Source: the human T2T-CHM13v2.0 reference genome, Homo sapiens. Taken from it: a stretch of 64,000 bases of DNA. Where the stretch lies: the NCBI RefSeq assembly GCF_009914755.1, contig NC_060945.1; one strand, written 5' to 3'. Positions 12,421 through 27,499 of the stretch are shown in pieces. The notes below the pieces were generated by a model. That model was given only the letters and a program-made list of their open reading frames with translations, was not told the DNA's origin and made no database searches. Every line of letters begins with the position of its first letter. Within the stretch, counting starts at the first letter, position 1. Made by a program: the position numbers and the translations under genes.

Positions 12421-12957
12421 TTGAGAGTGACCACTGGTTCCTAGAGCTTTTCCTAAACTGGAGACGGATCCTGCCCTGGGGGTCTCAGTCACCGCGAGGA
12501 CTCGAGGGTAACTGCCAGAGGTCCCAGGTGGCCCGAGGTGATGCCGGGCGCAGGGAGGGGCTGGGGCGGAGAGAGGGCTGGGGTTTGGGGCCGTGTCGGG
12601 GATGAGTGGTGAGGGGTGCCCAGAAGGGGGAGGCAGAGGTTGGTGTGGCCACGGTGGAAGGAGCCACAAACGTGGACATGTAAAGGAGGACCAAAAGGTT
12701 TTTTTTTGTAAAGATCAATATTTAGGACAGAAATCACAACCTTTCTATAAAACAAAACAACTGTATAATTTAAAAATTGAATTGTGAGCTAAACGCATAT
12801 GAGGGGTTACGGGTTTTCAAAATTCAGAGATTAGGAGCAAAACCAAAAACTTGTAGCCCGCTTCCCTGTGAGCCTCTTCTCCAGCCCAGCCCGGCTGCAG
12901 GACTCTGGGGCTGCCTTGAGGACGGGGTGCTATTTCTCAGGTTTCGTCTGCAAAGGG
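12355..12957 (+). ncRNA. LINC00334: Probable 5' region of lncRNA LINC00334; exon structure not resolved
   Basis: Known position between ADARB1 and POFUT2, promoter motifs, and a GGG|GTAAGT donor at 12957/12958. Confidence 0.4.
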
Positions 12958-14894
12958 GTAAGTCACCCCAAACCAGAGCACTCAGTGGTGGACTTACAGC
13001 CAATCCTGAGCTTCTCAAGACACTAGAGTGCACCCCAGCCTGCCTGCCCCCGAGGCCTGGCACCAGCCAGTGCGGCAAACCAGCAGGCAGGGCACTGAAT
13101 GTCGTCTGAGCTGCAGGGCCCTTCCTGGGGCTGGGGGTCCAGGCCAGAGCCTCTGTGCTGTGTGTGTGTCCTTACTGTCCACGCCCGAGCCTCATTTATA
13201 TGGAGAACACATTTCTTCTCAGAAAAGCAAACCTCAAGCAGTTGAACTGGAGAATGAGGACAGAAGGGCTTATGCAGAGCCGGGATATTTTTTACACAAA
13301 ATCAGAGGAGGGCGACCTTCAAACTATTATTTGTTTTTCTCCTTTGGCCTGGAACTAATCAGCTTAGCATGGATGCCTGGGTGTCCCGGTGAGATAGCGA
13401 ACCCATCTCATTTGGGTGTTTACCTTTTATAAAAGAAAAAAAAATCCATTTCTTATGAGTACATTGTTATTTATTCTAGAACTTCCCTCATAAACCGTCA
13501 GTTCATGCTATGTAATCCTATAAAGTAGTTTATTTTTAAAAATCGTTGAAAGGATAAGCAGAAGATCGCCTCTTCCTGGCATGTGTCAAATTGCTTTATA
13601 TGTAGCTATTCTAGAGCAAAAATGCTGACTGTCCGTTGAATATTGTCACTTGCCAAGCAGAGAGCTGCGCACCCCTTTCACCCATCTGTGGGTCAGTATG
13701 CAGTGTATTTGGGGATATGACACAGTTTCTTATCGCTTCCCATCACCTGTCCTTTGTGAATTGAGGTGGAAGTAATCTCTTGAGGATGACCTGTCTGTGT
13801 TTAAATTGAAGATGAATATTGCCATGGACAAATCTGATTTGATCATTGAAGGGACAAGCCTCTGTTTTAGAATTCATTGTGTTGTCACTCAGTTTTGCTG
13901 CGATTGCCTCCTTGGTGCCTCCTCTTTCTGCGACAAAACCGAGGGAAAAAATAGGTGGGGGGAACTGTGCTGCAGGTACTTTTAAGTGGATTCAATTTAC
14001 CTCTGTTTAAGTAGTAGAGAAATATGTTTGGGCCCTGGAGAGAAAAATGCCCTGGATAATTTGCTTATAAACCAGGCGCATGCCTGGAGTGACCAGTGAG
14101 TGTGGCAGCAACCAGGAGGGGCCACCCTGTTGTCCCTGCCTCAGGGCAGGCTCTCCCACCCCAGCTCCTTGGTGGTTCAGGTGACCTTGTGCATCCCTCA
14201 TGTCAAGCCCTTGCCCAGGCAAGCAGGAGTGGGGCTGGAGCCCTGGGATTCACACAGGGCATGCCGTGCACCATGAGGTCAGTGACATCATAACAGAAGC
14301 CTGGCTTCTCAGACCCATCCAGCCCCAGGAATCCTGAAAGTGGGCAGACCTTCAGGGCACTGGGACAATTTGGAGGGAAGGGAGGGGCTATCTCAAGGAA
14401 CCCTGCAGTGCATGTACCTCTCAGGGAGAAACGGGTGACAGTGGAAGCGCCCTGGTCTGGGGATCAAGGTACCTGGGCTTAAAGCTTTGCTCCCATATAC
14501 CTCAGTCAGCCTCCTCCTCTGCAAAACAAAGACAGTAAAGCCTGGCCACCCACCCCTTGCTTGGTCTTCAGGGTGTCAAGATGGAACTCACACTTTGAGT
14601 CTTGGCTGGGATGGAGTTTGGGCTGGATAAAGGAAGTACAGTGAAAGTAGAAGTGGTAGTCAGACCGATGTGCAGCTGGGTTTGCTCTGCTGGGCAGTGA
14701 GAAGCAAGTGCTGAGTGACTGCCACCCAGAGGAACATGGCTGTCAGGCCCTGTGACCCAGCACCTCTCCACCCTGGATGTAAACTGCTGAGAATCAAGGG
14801 GTGGGGCTCCCAGGAATGAGGCCATGGCAGATGAGGAGGTCTGGAGTGTCTAGCCTAGTGCAAGCTATTTGTTTCCCAGACAAATAGCTCAGTG

Positions 14895-16062
14895 GAGCAG
14901 AATAGAGAGCCCAGAAGTAGACCCATATAAATATAGTCAACTGATGTTTGCCAAAAGTACAAAGGCAATAAAATGGACAAAAGATAGTGTTTTCAACAAA
15001 TGGCGCTCGATGTTCACATGAAAAAATAAAAGCATGTAAACACAAATCATAAACCCTTCACAACAGCTAACTCTAAATAGATCACAGAAACTACAAACGA
15101 CAAAATTTCTAGAAAGTGACATTAGAGAAAACCTAGATGGCTTGGGTTTGGTGATGACTTTTTAGGTACAACACCAAAGGCAACATCTATGAAGGAAACA
15201 ATAGGCTGGACTTCATTAAAATTAAAAACTGCTCTGCAAAAGATAAAGCCAAGAGGCTGAAAAGACAGGTCATAGACTGGGAGAATATGTTTGCAAAAGA
15301 CACATCTTATAAAGGGTCATTATCTAAAATCAATAAAGACTCTTAAAGCTCAACAATAAGAAAATGATCTGATTTTTTAAATGGGCAAAATAATTTAACA
15401 GATTCCTCACCCAAGAAGATATACAGATGGCAAATAAGCATATGAAAAGATGCTCCAAATCTTATGAGGGAAGTGCAAATTAAAACAAGAATGAGATGCC
15501 ACTACACATCTATTAGAATGGCGAAAATCCAGAACACTGACAACACCAAATGCTGTTGAGGATGTGGAGCAACAGGAACGCTCATTCATTGCTGGTAGGA
15601 ATGCGAATGGTACAGCCACTTTGGAGGACCGTTTGACAGTTTCTTACAAAACTAAATATAATCTTACCATATGGTCCAGCAGTTGCGCTCCAAAGAAGCT
15701 GAAAACTTAGGTCCACACAAAACCTGCTCACGGATGTTTATAGCAGCTTTATTCATTATTGCCAAACTTGGAAGCAACCAAGATGTCCTTCCTTCAGTAA
15801 GTGAATGGATAAATGAAACGTGGCACATTTGGGCAATGGAATATCAGTCAGTGCTGTAAAGAAATTAGCAAGTAATGAAAAGATGTAGAGGAACCTTAAA
15901 TGCATGTTACTAGGTGAAATAAGTCTATCTGAAAAGGCTATATATTGTATGATTCCAACTATATGACATTTTGAAAAAAGTCAAAACTGTGGAAACAGTA
16001 AAAAGACTAGCAGGAGTCAGGCATTTGAGAGCAGGAGGAGTGAATAGGCATAGCACAGAGGA

Positions 16063-16066
<4 letters not shown>
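14895..16066 (+). mobile_element. Old L1M (L1MB/MC-like) ORF2 end and 3' UTR
   Basis: Typical L1 3' motifs (gaatagagagcccagaa, gtttatagcagctttattcat, tatgattccaactatatgaca). Confidence 0.85.
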
Positions 16067-16344
<278 letters not shown>

Positions 16345-19330
16345 TAATAAGATTTAAAGAGAAACATCAAAACATTAAAAAGTGGGAGGATGAAGGTAAA
16401 ATGTAGAGTTTTTATTCATTTTCTCTTTGCTTGTTTGTTTATGCACCAGTGTTAAGTTGTCATCAGTTTAAAATAATGAGTTATAAGATATTATTTGTAA
16501 GCCCCATGGTAACCTCAAACCAAAAAACATACAACAGATACACAAAAAATAAAAAGCAAGAACTGAAAACGTACCGCAAGAAAAAATCACCTTCACTAAA
16601 AGAAAGACAAAAGGGAAGGAAAGAAGGAAGATGAGAGCACAGAACAACCAGAAAACAAATAATAAAAGGGCAAGAGTAAGTCTTTAACTTATCAATAATA
16701 ACAATGAAAGTAAATGAACTAAACTCTCCAACAAAAGATTAAAAAACAAGACCCACCAATCTGTTGCCTGCAATAAACACACTTCACCTATAAAGACACA
16801 CAGTGGCTGAAAATAAAGTTATGGAAAAAGATATTCCATGCAAATGGAAAACCTAAAAAAGAGCAGGAGGCCCTATACTTACGTCAAACAAAATAAATTT
16901 CAAGACAAAAACTATAATAAGAGAAAAAGTAGGTAATTATATAATGATAAAGGGGTTAATTCAGCAAGATGATATAACAATTGTAAGTACATATGCACCC
17001 AACACTGAAGCACCCAGATATATGAAATATTATTAGAACTGAAGAGAGAGATAGACCCCAATACAATAATAGCTGGAGACTTAACACCCCACCTTCAGCA
17101 TTGGACAGACCATTCAGATAGAAAATCAGCAAAGAAACATTGGACTTAATCTGCACTGTAGACCAAATGGACCTAATAACTGTTTACAGAATATTTTATT
17201 TAATGGCTGTGGAATACACATCCTTCTCAGCACGTGGATCATTCTCAAGACCGTATGTTAGGCCACAAAACAAGCCTTTAAAAATTCCAAAAAAATGAAA
17301 GTATATAAAATATCTTCTCTGACCACAATGGAATAAAACTAGAAATCAATAATGAGGAATTTTGGAAACTATACAAACATATGGAAATTAAACAATATGC
17401 TCCTGAATAAGAACAAAAACCATATGATCATTTCAATTGATGCTGAAAAAGTATCTGATAAAATTCAACATCCCTTTATGATTAGAAAAAATAAAAAATA
17501 AAAGTGATGTACAACAGACCCATAGCTGGTATTATACTGACGGGGAAAAACTGAAAGCCTCTCCTCTAAAATCTGAAACAAGACAAAGATGCCTCCTTTC
17601 ACCACTGTTATTCAACATAGCACTGGAAGGCCTAGCTAGAGCAATCAGACAAGAGAAATAAATAAAGGGCATCCAGATTAGAAAAGAAAGTCAAATTATC
17701 ATTGTTTGCAGAGGATATGATCTTATGTTTGGAAAAACCTAATGACTGTGCTGAAAAAGTATTAGAACTGATAAATTCAGCAAAGTTGCAGGATACAAAA
17801 TCAACCTACAACAGTCAGTAGCATTCGTGTATGCCAACAGTGAGCAATCTGGAAATGAAATCAAGAAAATAATCCCATTTACAATAGCTACAAATAAAAT
17901 AGGAAGAAACTTAACCAAAGAAGTGAAAGATCTCTATGGTGAAGACTATAACACATCAATGCAAGAAATTGAAGAGAACACACAAAAAAATGGAATGATG
18001 TTTCATGTTCATAGACTGGAAGAACCAGTATTGTTAAAATGCCCATACAACCCAAAGCAGTCTACATACTAAATGCAATCCCTCTCAAAATACCAGTGAC
18101 ATTCTTCACAGAAATAGAAAAAAAAATCTTAAAATTTATCTGGAAACACACAAGACCCAAAATAGCCAAAGCTATCCTAAGAAGAAAATAAAACTGGAGG
18201 AATCACATTACCTGATTTCAACTTACACTACAGAGCTGTAGTAACCAAAACAGCATGGTACCAGCATAAAAACAGACACACACCAATGGGACAGAATAGA
18301 GAACCCAGGGCTGGTTGCAGTGGCTCATGCCTCTAATCCCAGCACTTTGGGAGGCCAAGGCATGCGGATCACCTGAGGCCAGGAGTTCAAGACTAGCCTG
18401 ACCAACATGGTGAAACCCCGTCTTTACTAAAAATACAAAAAATTAGCCAGGTGTGAGGGTGGGTGCCTGTAATCTTAGCTACTCGGGAGGCTGAGGCAGG
18501 AGAATCGCTTGAACCTAGGAGTCAGAGGTTGCAGTGAGCCAAGATGGCACCACTACACTCCAACCTGGGTGCAACAGAGTGAGACTCCATCTAAAAAAAA
18601 AAAAATAGTGAACACAGAAATAAATCCATCCATCTACATACAGTAAACTTATTTTTGACAAAGGTGACAAGAATATACATTGGAAGAAAGGACAATCTCT
18701 TCAATAAGTGGTGCTGAGAAAAAACTGGATATCCTTATACAGAAGAATGAAACTGGACACCTATCTCTCACCATATACAAAACTCAAATCAATATGGATG
18801 AAAGACAAAGACAAATCTCAAAACTGTGAAACTACTAAAAGAAAACACTGAGGAACTCTCCGGGACACTGGACTGGGCAAAATTTTTTTAGTAATACCCC
18901 ACGACCACACGCATCCAAAGCAAAAATGGACAAATGGGATCACATCAAGTTAAAAATCTCCTGCACAGCAAAGGATACAATCAACAAAGTGAGGAGACAA
19001 CCCACAGAAAGGGAGAAAATATTTGCAAACTATCCATTGGACAAAGGATTAATAACCAGAATATATAAAGGGGTCAAACAACTCAATAGGAAAGCTAATA
19101 ATCCAGTTTAAAAATGGGCAAAAGATCTGAATAGATATTTCTCGAAAGAAGGCATACAAATGGCAAACAGGCATATGAAATGGTACTCAATATCATTGCT
19201 CATCAGGTAAATGCAAGTCAAAACTATGAGATATCATTTCACCTCAGTTAAAATGGCTTTTATCCAAAAGGCAGGCAATAATGAATGCTGGCAGGGATGT
19301 GAAGAAGAGAACCCTCATACACTGTGAGGT
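16345..19330 (+). mobile_element. L1M/L1PB ORF2 remnant with internal deletion near 17410
   Basis: Endonuclease-region motifs join directly to RT-region aaccatatgatcatttcaattgatgc; many stops and frameshifts. Confidence 0.88.
18309..18605 (+). mobile_element. AluS inserted in L1
   Basis: Full Alu; TSD aatag(a/t)gaac(c/a)cag. Confidence 0.92.
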
Positions 19331-20318
19331 GACAGGCAAAGGAAATGTAACATACACATAATTGGAATCCCCAACAAAATATTGGAAAAATGGACAATAA
19401 TAAATACTAAAAAAGAGTAAGTCAAGAATGTCTTCCACAATCCTGTGCCTGCACATGTCATCCACAGGCCCAAGGGCTAGCCAGCCCTGCCTGCTTCCAC
19501 TACCACTAGCACGGGGGGCCTGAGGGTGCACCTGCTTAGCCCATCACTAGTATCATCAACACCCATGTAAGATGCCCAGGGGTTCAATGACCAGTATGCA
19601 AAGGGCCTTCTGCCACCACAGCCAGTGCCTATGCTGCCACCCAGGGTAATGAGGACTAGCTTACACAGCACTTCAGCCTCCAGCAAAGCATCACCACAGC
19701 CTCCAGAAACAGCCACAGCCTAAGCTACCGAGGAACTTGCAGATACCACTGACGTTGATTACAGCCACAGAAATCATACAGAGACTACATTACAGCACCC
19801 ACTTAGAATTAAAGCCAAAGTACCCTACCCAACTGACACTATGGATACAATTATAGGAAAAGCATTTCCCTAAGAAAGCTACTTCATAAAATTGGTAGAA
19901 GTGACTGTTACAACAGATGCACAGTTATCAACCTAAGGACACAGGAAACATGAAAAAGCAAGGAAACATGACAGCTTCAAAGGAACACAATAATTCTCCA
20001 GCAGCTTCAAAGGAACACAATAATTCTCCAGCAGCAGACCCCAAAGAAAAGGAAATCTGTGAAATGCCTGAAAAGAATTTCAAAATAATAATCTTAAGTC
20101 TTAGCAAGATATACAGAAAGACAAAACAAAGAAATCAGGAAAACAATTGATGATCTGAATGAGAAATTCAACAAAGAAATACATTTCATAAAATGAACCA
20201 AACAGAAATCCTGCAACTGAAGAATTCAGTGAACCAAAAATACAACCAAGAGCTTCAATAATCTATTATATCAAGCAGAAGAAAGAATTTCTGAATTTGA
20301 AGACAGAGCAATGAGCAC

Positions 20319-20638
<320 letters not shown>

Positions 20639-20681
20639 TAACCCAGTCAGACTGAAAAAAAAAAAAAAAAAACAATGAAAA

Positions 20682-20973
<292 letters not shown>

Positions 20974-20975
20974 AC

Positions 20976-21316
<341 letters not shown>

Positions 21317-21469
21317 TCCTGTGTGACATATGGAACACCACCAAGTGAACAAATATTCAAATTTTAGGAATTCCAGAAAGAGAAGAGATGGGGAAAGGCA
21401 TAGAAAATTTATTCAATGAACTAATAGCTGAAAATTTCTCCAGTCTTGGAAGAGATATAAACATTTAGG

Positions 21470-22050
21470 TAATTATTATGCCACTTTCTGGCTTCTGTGA
21501 TACTAATGAGATGTCAACAATCTAATTGTCATTCCTTTGTAGATAATCTGTTTTTTTTTCTTTAGGGCTATTTTAAAAGATTTTCTGTTTCCTTGATTTC
21601 TCCTCCTTTGGATGTATTGGGCTTCCTGACTCTTTGAAGAATCTATCCAGTGTCTTTAAGGTATCTGAAAAATTCTCAGCCATTGTCTCTTTAAATATTG
21701 CCTCTCATGTTATTTCTATTATTTCCTTCAAAAACTCTTTTACATGTATGTTAGGTTCTCTGTTTCCATCATCCATGGTTTTTCAACTGTTTTTAAGTGT
21801 TTTGTCTCTTTGTTTCTCTGGACTGCATTCTGATGTAATTTCTTTGGATCTGTTTTCCACTTCACTGTTTCTCTCTTCGTCTGTGTCTAAATCTGTTGTT
21901 CAGACATCAAATTTTATAGTAATTTGTTTCCTTTGTTCTTATTCTTGATTGTGAACTGTTCATTTGCTTTGTAAATATATTAGTTGGAATTATTTGAGTC
22001 TTTGACTTAATTTTCCCCAGAAAGATTTGTATTTCCTTCAACTTGTCACC
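21470..22050 (-). mobile_element. Ancient L1ME ORF1 remnant
   Basis: T-rich antisense ORF1-type text (aaaattctcagccattgtctctttaaatattgc). Confidence 0.65.
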
Positions 22051-22226
22051 TTGATGGGAGGGGGGAAGAGATGTCTCCAGTATAGGACTATTTTTGTAAA
22101 TAAATCAACTTAAAATTTGGACCACACAAAGTTAGACTGAATTTGGATCATCAACTTCCTTGAGGTCTGCCTTGAGTTTATAAATTCTTGGGGTATTTTT
22201 TTCTCCTTCCTCAATGTTACTGCTGA

Positions 22227-22284
22227 ACTGTATCTTGGCCTTTTGGCTAAGATCAAGTGGAGTATCTTTTCTTATCAGTTTAAT
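22227..22284 (+). pseudogene. 3'-truncated U2 snRNA retropseudogene (U2 nt ~1-58)
   Basis: tcttggccttttggctaagatcaagtggagtatcttttcttatcagtttaat vs U2 TCTCGGCCTTTTGGCTAAGATCAAGTGTAGTATCTGTTCTTATCAGTTTAAT; 14-bp TSD. Confidence 0.92.
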
Positions 22285-22719
22285 GTTAGGGCTGAGACAG
22301 GAACATTTCCTGCATGTCTATGTACAATTGCATGAAATTTTTCATGTACAGTTTGAAGTTTCTGCTGTACAAAGGGTCCTCTTCTATTTTTCCCACCTTG
22401 GGAAGATCCTCAGGCTTATTTCCTCTCCTCTCAGCCCTCTATCATTGTCAGACTTGCTCAGTGTTTGCAGGGTTCTGTAGAAAACCTGGATTTGAAAGTT
22501 GGATTTGGCATGGCTTGTCTCCTGGGGTTCTTGATTTCCCTCTCTTTGTTCCTTGTGGTTTATTTGCTTTCATGAATGATCTGTGGTATGTTTTAAAGTT
22601 TCTTTGAATTCAACTATTTACTTTATTCAGGAGGGTTGTTCAGGGCATATTATCTGCAATAGTATAAGAATTATAATCCCCAAGGCTATTCTTCACTTTC
22701 TATGTCCTTTTGGTTTGGA

Positions 22720-23400
22720 TCTGTCTTAACCTAGAAAACAGAGCCTGAGGCAAGGATGTAAAGCATTGGGGCTTTATTTGGGAAGTGTAAACCCAGGACT
22801 GTGAGAGTGAGGTGCGAGAGATTGAGGCAAGGAAGGACCTCCCTGCAGTGATGCGATGTGAGTCTCAACTGTGCTGGCTGCTGTTTCATAAGAGGCTGAA
22901 GTGACCTGGCTCGGCAGATGCCTCTGGGTCAGCTGCATGGGAAGATGGCTCCAGGGATTCCACAGGAGGGGAACGGAATGTATCTTCTGGCTCTCTTCTG
23001 GCGGCTACTTTCCACTGGTCAAAGCTGTCCCCGCAGGGAATCAGGGGCCCTGGGTTGCATTCCCAGCCTCCTTAGCAGCTGCTCTGGGTACCACATCCCC
23101 ATGCTGCAGAGTGGCATCTCATGAGGACACAGAAGTGGCAGGTGGAGCATGTGGCTGGTCTGCCTGGCTGCACTGAGTTGGTCGAGGCAGGTCAGCAGGA
23201 ACCTGAGTGGCTGCTTGGCCCACACCACAGCAGAGCCAGGGAGACCAGCAGGCACATGAGATGTCTGCTGACACAGGATCTAAGATGGCCCAGTTATGCA
23301 CTGGCCCCTGTGCATTTCTGGGCCATGACACCTTCTGAATTGAGTTCTCAGTGTCATTACAAGTCACAGGTTTCTGGGTGATGTTAAGATATCACAAGGT
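22720..23400 (-). mobile_element. Old MaLR/ERVL LTR remnant(s) (MLT1-like)
   Basis: tgtcttaacctagaaaacagagcctgaggcaagg...tttatttgggaagtg; boundaries approximate. Confidence 0.5.
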
Positions 23401-23534
23401 GGACTGGCTATGTTTCCAACCCTTTTTCCTCTAGCTCCGTACACCATCTCCATCCCCAGCGCTGGCCCTTGGCAGCTCAGGGTAAAGTCATGTGAAGCTC
23501 TGGGTGCAGGTCAAGGGCTAGTGGTGGAGGTAAG

Positions 23535-23905
23535 AGGCTCTGCTCCTGTGGGGTGGGGGTGAGGGGCTCTGTGCCTATGGAGTGAGGGTCAGGGGGTGAG
23601 GGGCTCTGTGCCTATGGGGTGGGGGTGAGGGGTGGGGGGCTCTGTGCCTATGGGGTGGGGGTGAGGGGTGGGGGGCTCTGTGCCTATGGGGTGGGGGTGA
23701 GGGGTGGGGGGCTCTGTGCCTATGGGGTGGGGGTGAGGGGTGAGGGGCTCTGTGCCTATGGGGTGGGGGTGAGGGGTGGGGGGCTCTGTGCCTATGGGGT
23801 GGGGGTGAGGGGTGAGGGGCTCTGTGCCTATGGGGTGGGGGTGAAGGGCTCTGCGCCTAAGGGCTAGTGGTGGGGGTAAGAGGCTCTGCTCCTATGGGGT
23901 GGGGA
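23535..23905. repeat. 36-bp G-rich minisatellite, ~7 core copies plus degenerate flanks
   Basis: TATGGGGTGGGGGTGAGGGGTGGGGGGCTCTGTGCC repeated. Confidence 0.95.
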
Positions 23906-25292
23906 GGCCCCTGGGGTGGATAAGTTCAGCTGTGGGGAGGCAGTGGGAAGCTGGTTTGGGTAGCGGGTTCAGACTTGTTTCCAGGCAAGGGTATCAGAGC
24001 CCTGCTGGATTTCAACCCTCTGACACCCCAATTCCAAGGTCAGTACCCCAAGTCCTTCCAGGGCAGAACCTCAAAACCCCCACAGGAGTGATACGAGGTA
24101 TGGAACTGGGTTCCTGGACAGCCAGCCTTGTAGGTGTGCAGAGATGTCCTCTTCATTGTGATGCTGTCACTAATACTGTAAAAGATTGGTCATTGTTCAG
24201 TAGGAGAAAAGAATTCTATGGCCAGATACACATGGCTGTCTGCACATTACAGTCATAATGCCCCCACTGGCTCTAAGAATTCCTGAAACAAGGGGCTCAT
24301 CTGACCTGACGTCATGTGTGACCATGGAGTCCATCTCCCACGGACGTGAGCTGAGGGAGCAGAAGCCAGATTGTGTGCCCTTCCCCGCACGAAGAGCCTC
24401 AGGTCTTGGTAGAGCAGCATGACATTCTGGTGTGGCCATAAGAGGGTGTGGGAGGGGCAGACGGGGGAGAAAAATGGGGCAAGCAGCGCCTCCTCAGCCC
24501 CCCAACCCAATGACCCTTAACAGCCACCAGCACCCACAGGAGCAGGTGTTTTAGGACAGCCAGTCGAGAAGGTGAGGTAAACATCCTCTGTGTCTAGCCT
24601 GGTGACAAGTTTGAGCTTATGGGACATTAACTCACAAAGCAAAGTAACTGCAGCACGCTGTGAACCCTCCCTGAATTAATGGCAGGCGAATCTGCTTCAA
24701 GCAGAAATGGGTTATCTACAGAAACTTTGGATGTGCAGTTGAGTCTGAATCCTCCCCATTAATGGTGAGGGTAATGGGGTGGAGAGGACAGCCTCAGCCG
24801 GCCCCAGCTGACTTCTCTCCGCTGTGGAAGTTAATTCTGTGATGCTGTGGGGCCTGACAGCGTTTTTTGCCTTCCTGCTTTTTTTAAGGCAGACATTGCC
24901 AATTCACCTTTCCGGAGTTGTCTTCTGTTCCGCGTGGGGAGAAGATGATCGAGGGGGCTGCTGGGAGCATAGGGGAGGCACCTTGTGCCCACACACATCT
25001 GCAGATGAACTCTTGGGGTCATGCGGAGTGAGTCCTAACTGTGTACGGCTTTAGAGGGCGTCTCCAACTCAACCAACTGCTCAGTGCTCAGAGCAGTCTT
25101 ATCTCATGGATACATCATGACAGATGCCAATGGCAATGTAATCATCAGAAAGTATTCTTTAAATTTCTTGAAGCAAGCAACCAGAAATATTAAAGATAAG
25201 CCTAAATATAAGGCAGCCCTCTGTAACCCACCCACATGACACTGGTGTAGGTTTGCACACGCCTTGCATTCCATGGAGTCATCGAATGGTTA

Positions 25293-25619
<327 letters not shown>

Positions 25620-26174
25620 TTAATGTTTTCCCTTTCACTTCAAGTCGATATACCTTTCTACATGCCTAACTTTATTATACTTTTCAATACTGCCTAGTTG
25701 TATATTTAGGAGAGGTACAGTAATTTACTAAAACATCTCCATTATTGCACATTTAGTCAAATAGTTGTTTTTTCGTTTAAGTGATGTCATAATGAACATC
25801 TCCATGGTGGTTTTGTTTCAGGTGAGATTCTTGTTCTTAAGCTGCATCCCCAGGAGTAGGATTACTGGGTCAAAGCACAGACACATCTTTATGACTTTTG
25901 CTCTGTGTTACCAAAACTCACAAAAATGTTTAAAGGATTGTTTGAAAAAAGGTTGTGTTCAAGGTGGTTCAAGAGAATCAGGAGTTTCAGGCTGTCCAGA
26001 ATTTTGTAAACCAAAACCACACCCCTAATGCAAACAAGTTATGGATCTTATAAAAGAAAGAAAGAAAATCTGTATGACGCTGAGCAGAAAACATCACTCA
26101 TCAGCCCGATACTTATTTTTGCCATAGTTGACTTGTTTAAAAAGCTGTAATTTCAGAAGATGTGTTATTTTTAG

Positions 26175-26410
26175 TAATAATACTCAGTAGCTGACATCTA
26201 CTGAACTCTTAATGTTCCGGGCACCATAGTAAGCATTTAACATGAATTTTCACACATAATCTGTATGACAACCCACGGAATAGCCCTATTTTATTTTACA
26301 GCTTTGGAAACTGGGGTTAGAGAAGCAAGTAGCCCCAAATCACACAGGGGCATAGGGCTGAGCGTGGATTCACGTCAGCTGGGCTAAAGCCAGAGCCGGT
26401 GCTTTGGCTT
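26175..26410 (-). mobile_element. MIR SINE
   Basis: attttacagctttggaaactggggttagaga...cccaaatcacacag antisense MIR core. Confidence 0.75.
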
Positions 26411-27499
26411 TATCCAATTGTGTTAGGACTCTGTGCTACTGATCAATGAGCTATCGATGAATATCAGAAAATCGATTGATTAAGGACACCTGACAGTGAG
26501 GTCTTAGGAGTCACTTTTCCTCTTGGTACAGATGAATACCTACAACAGAGAGAAGGACAAAGCTGTCCTGCAGTGCCGGGCTCACCTGCGCCACCGCCTG
26601 CAGCCTTTGCTTCCTGACTCAGCCTAACTCCCAATGTCAGAATAAATGCAGGAGAGGGCAGTTTGGTGATGAAAGGAGAGGAACTATACTTGGAAATGAT
26701 ATTTTTCTGCATATTTAGAACCAAAAACCCCACTGGTTCATTGATCTCTGTGAGTAAAGGGTTAATAAAGCTCCCTTTCTGGAATTGAATCTGACCTCTG
26801 CTCACCTCCAGCTCTGTCCCTTGGGAAATCTGAGAGGGAGGGCCACCAGCTCTATTCCCAGGTGTGGGCAGCAGAATTCCAGCCTCGGCAAACGCCGTCC
26901 CAGAAGTGAGGTCGCCCGTGAAAATACTGCGTTGCTTGGCAAGAGGGACCTGCGCCAATGTCATTAAGATTCCTAATCAGCTGACCTTAAAGTAGATGAG
27001 CCTGGATCCTCTGGGCGATGTGAGTCCCTGACAGCAGGAGAGGGGGCAGGAGGGGAAGGCGGGGACTCGAAGCATGAGGGAGACTGGCTGCTGCTGCTGC
27101 TGGCATAGAAGGAGCTGGCTTCTGCCAAGAACCTGAGGGAGCCCAGTCGCTGCTGCCTCCCCAGCACCCTCAGGCAAGACCTCAGGCTGGGCATCGCCTT
27201 GCCTTTGGCCTGGTGAGGCTCCAAGCAGAGAACCCAGTCATCACCCTCAGAAACTTGTTTCAGTCCTTTCGGTTTGTAACAATCCAAGCACCGCCCCCAG
27301 AGTTACATGATAACTTTCATTGTCTCCTTCACTGTGGAGGCCATGAGGAGCCCCTGCCTGAAAAATCCTCAAGTCCCCATGCTGAGTTGAACCATACAGT
27401 CCGCAGTAGGGCAGGACCTGCCCGCCTGTTCGTCGCCCCTGGCGGTGGCTGTGCGGTGAGCCTCCCATAAGCAGCACATAACTCAGCTTCAAAAACCCA

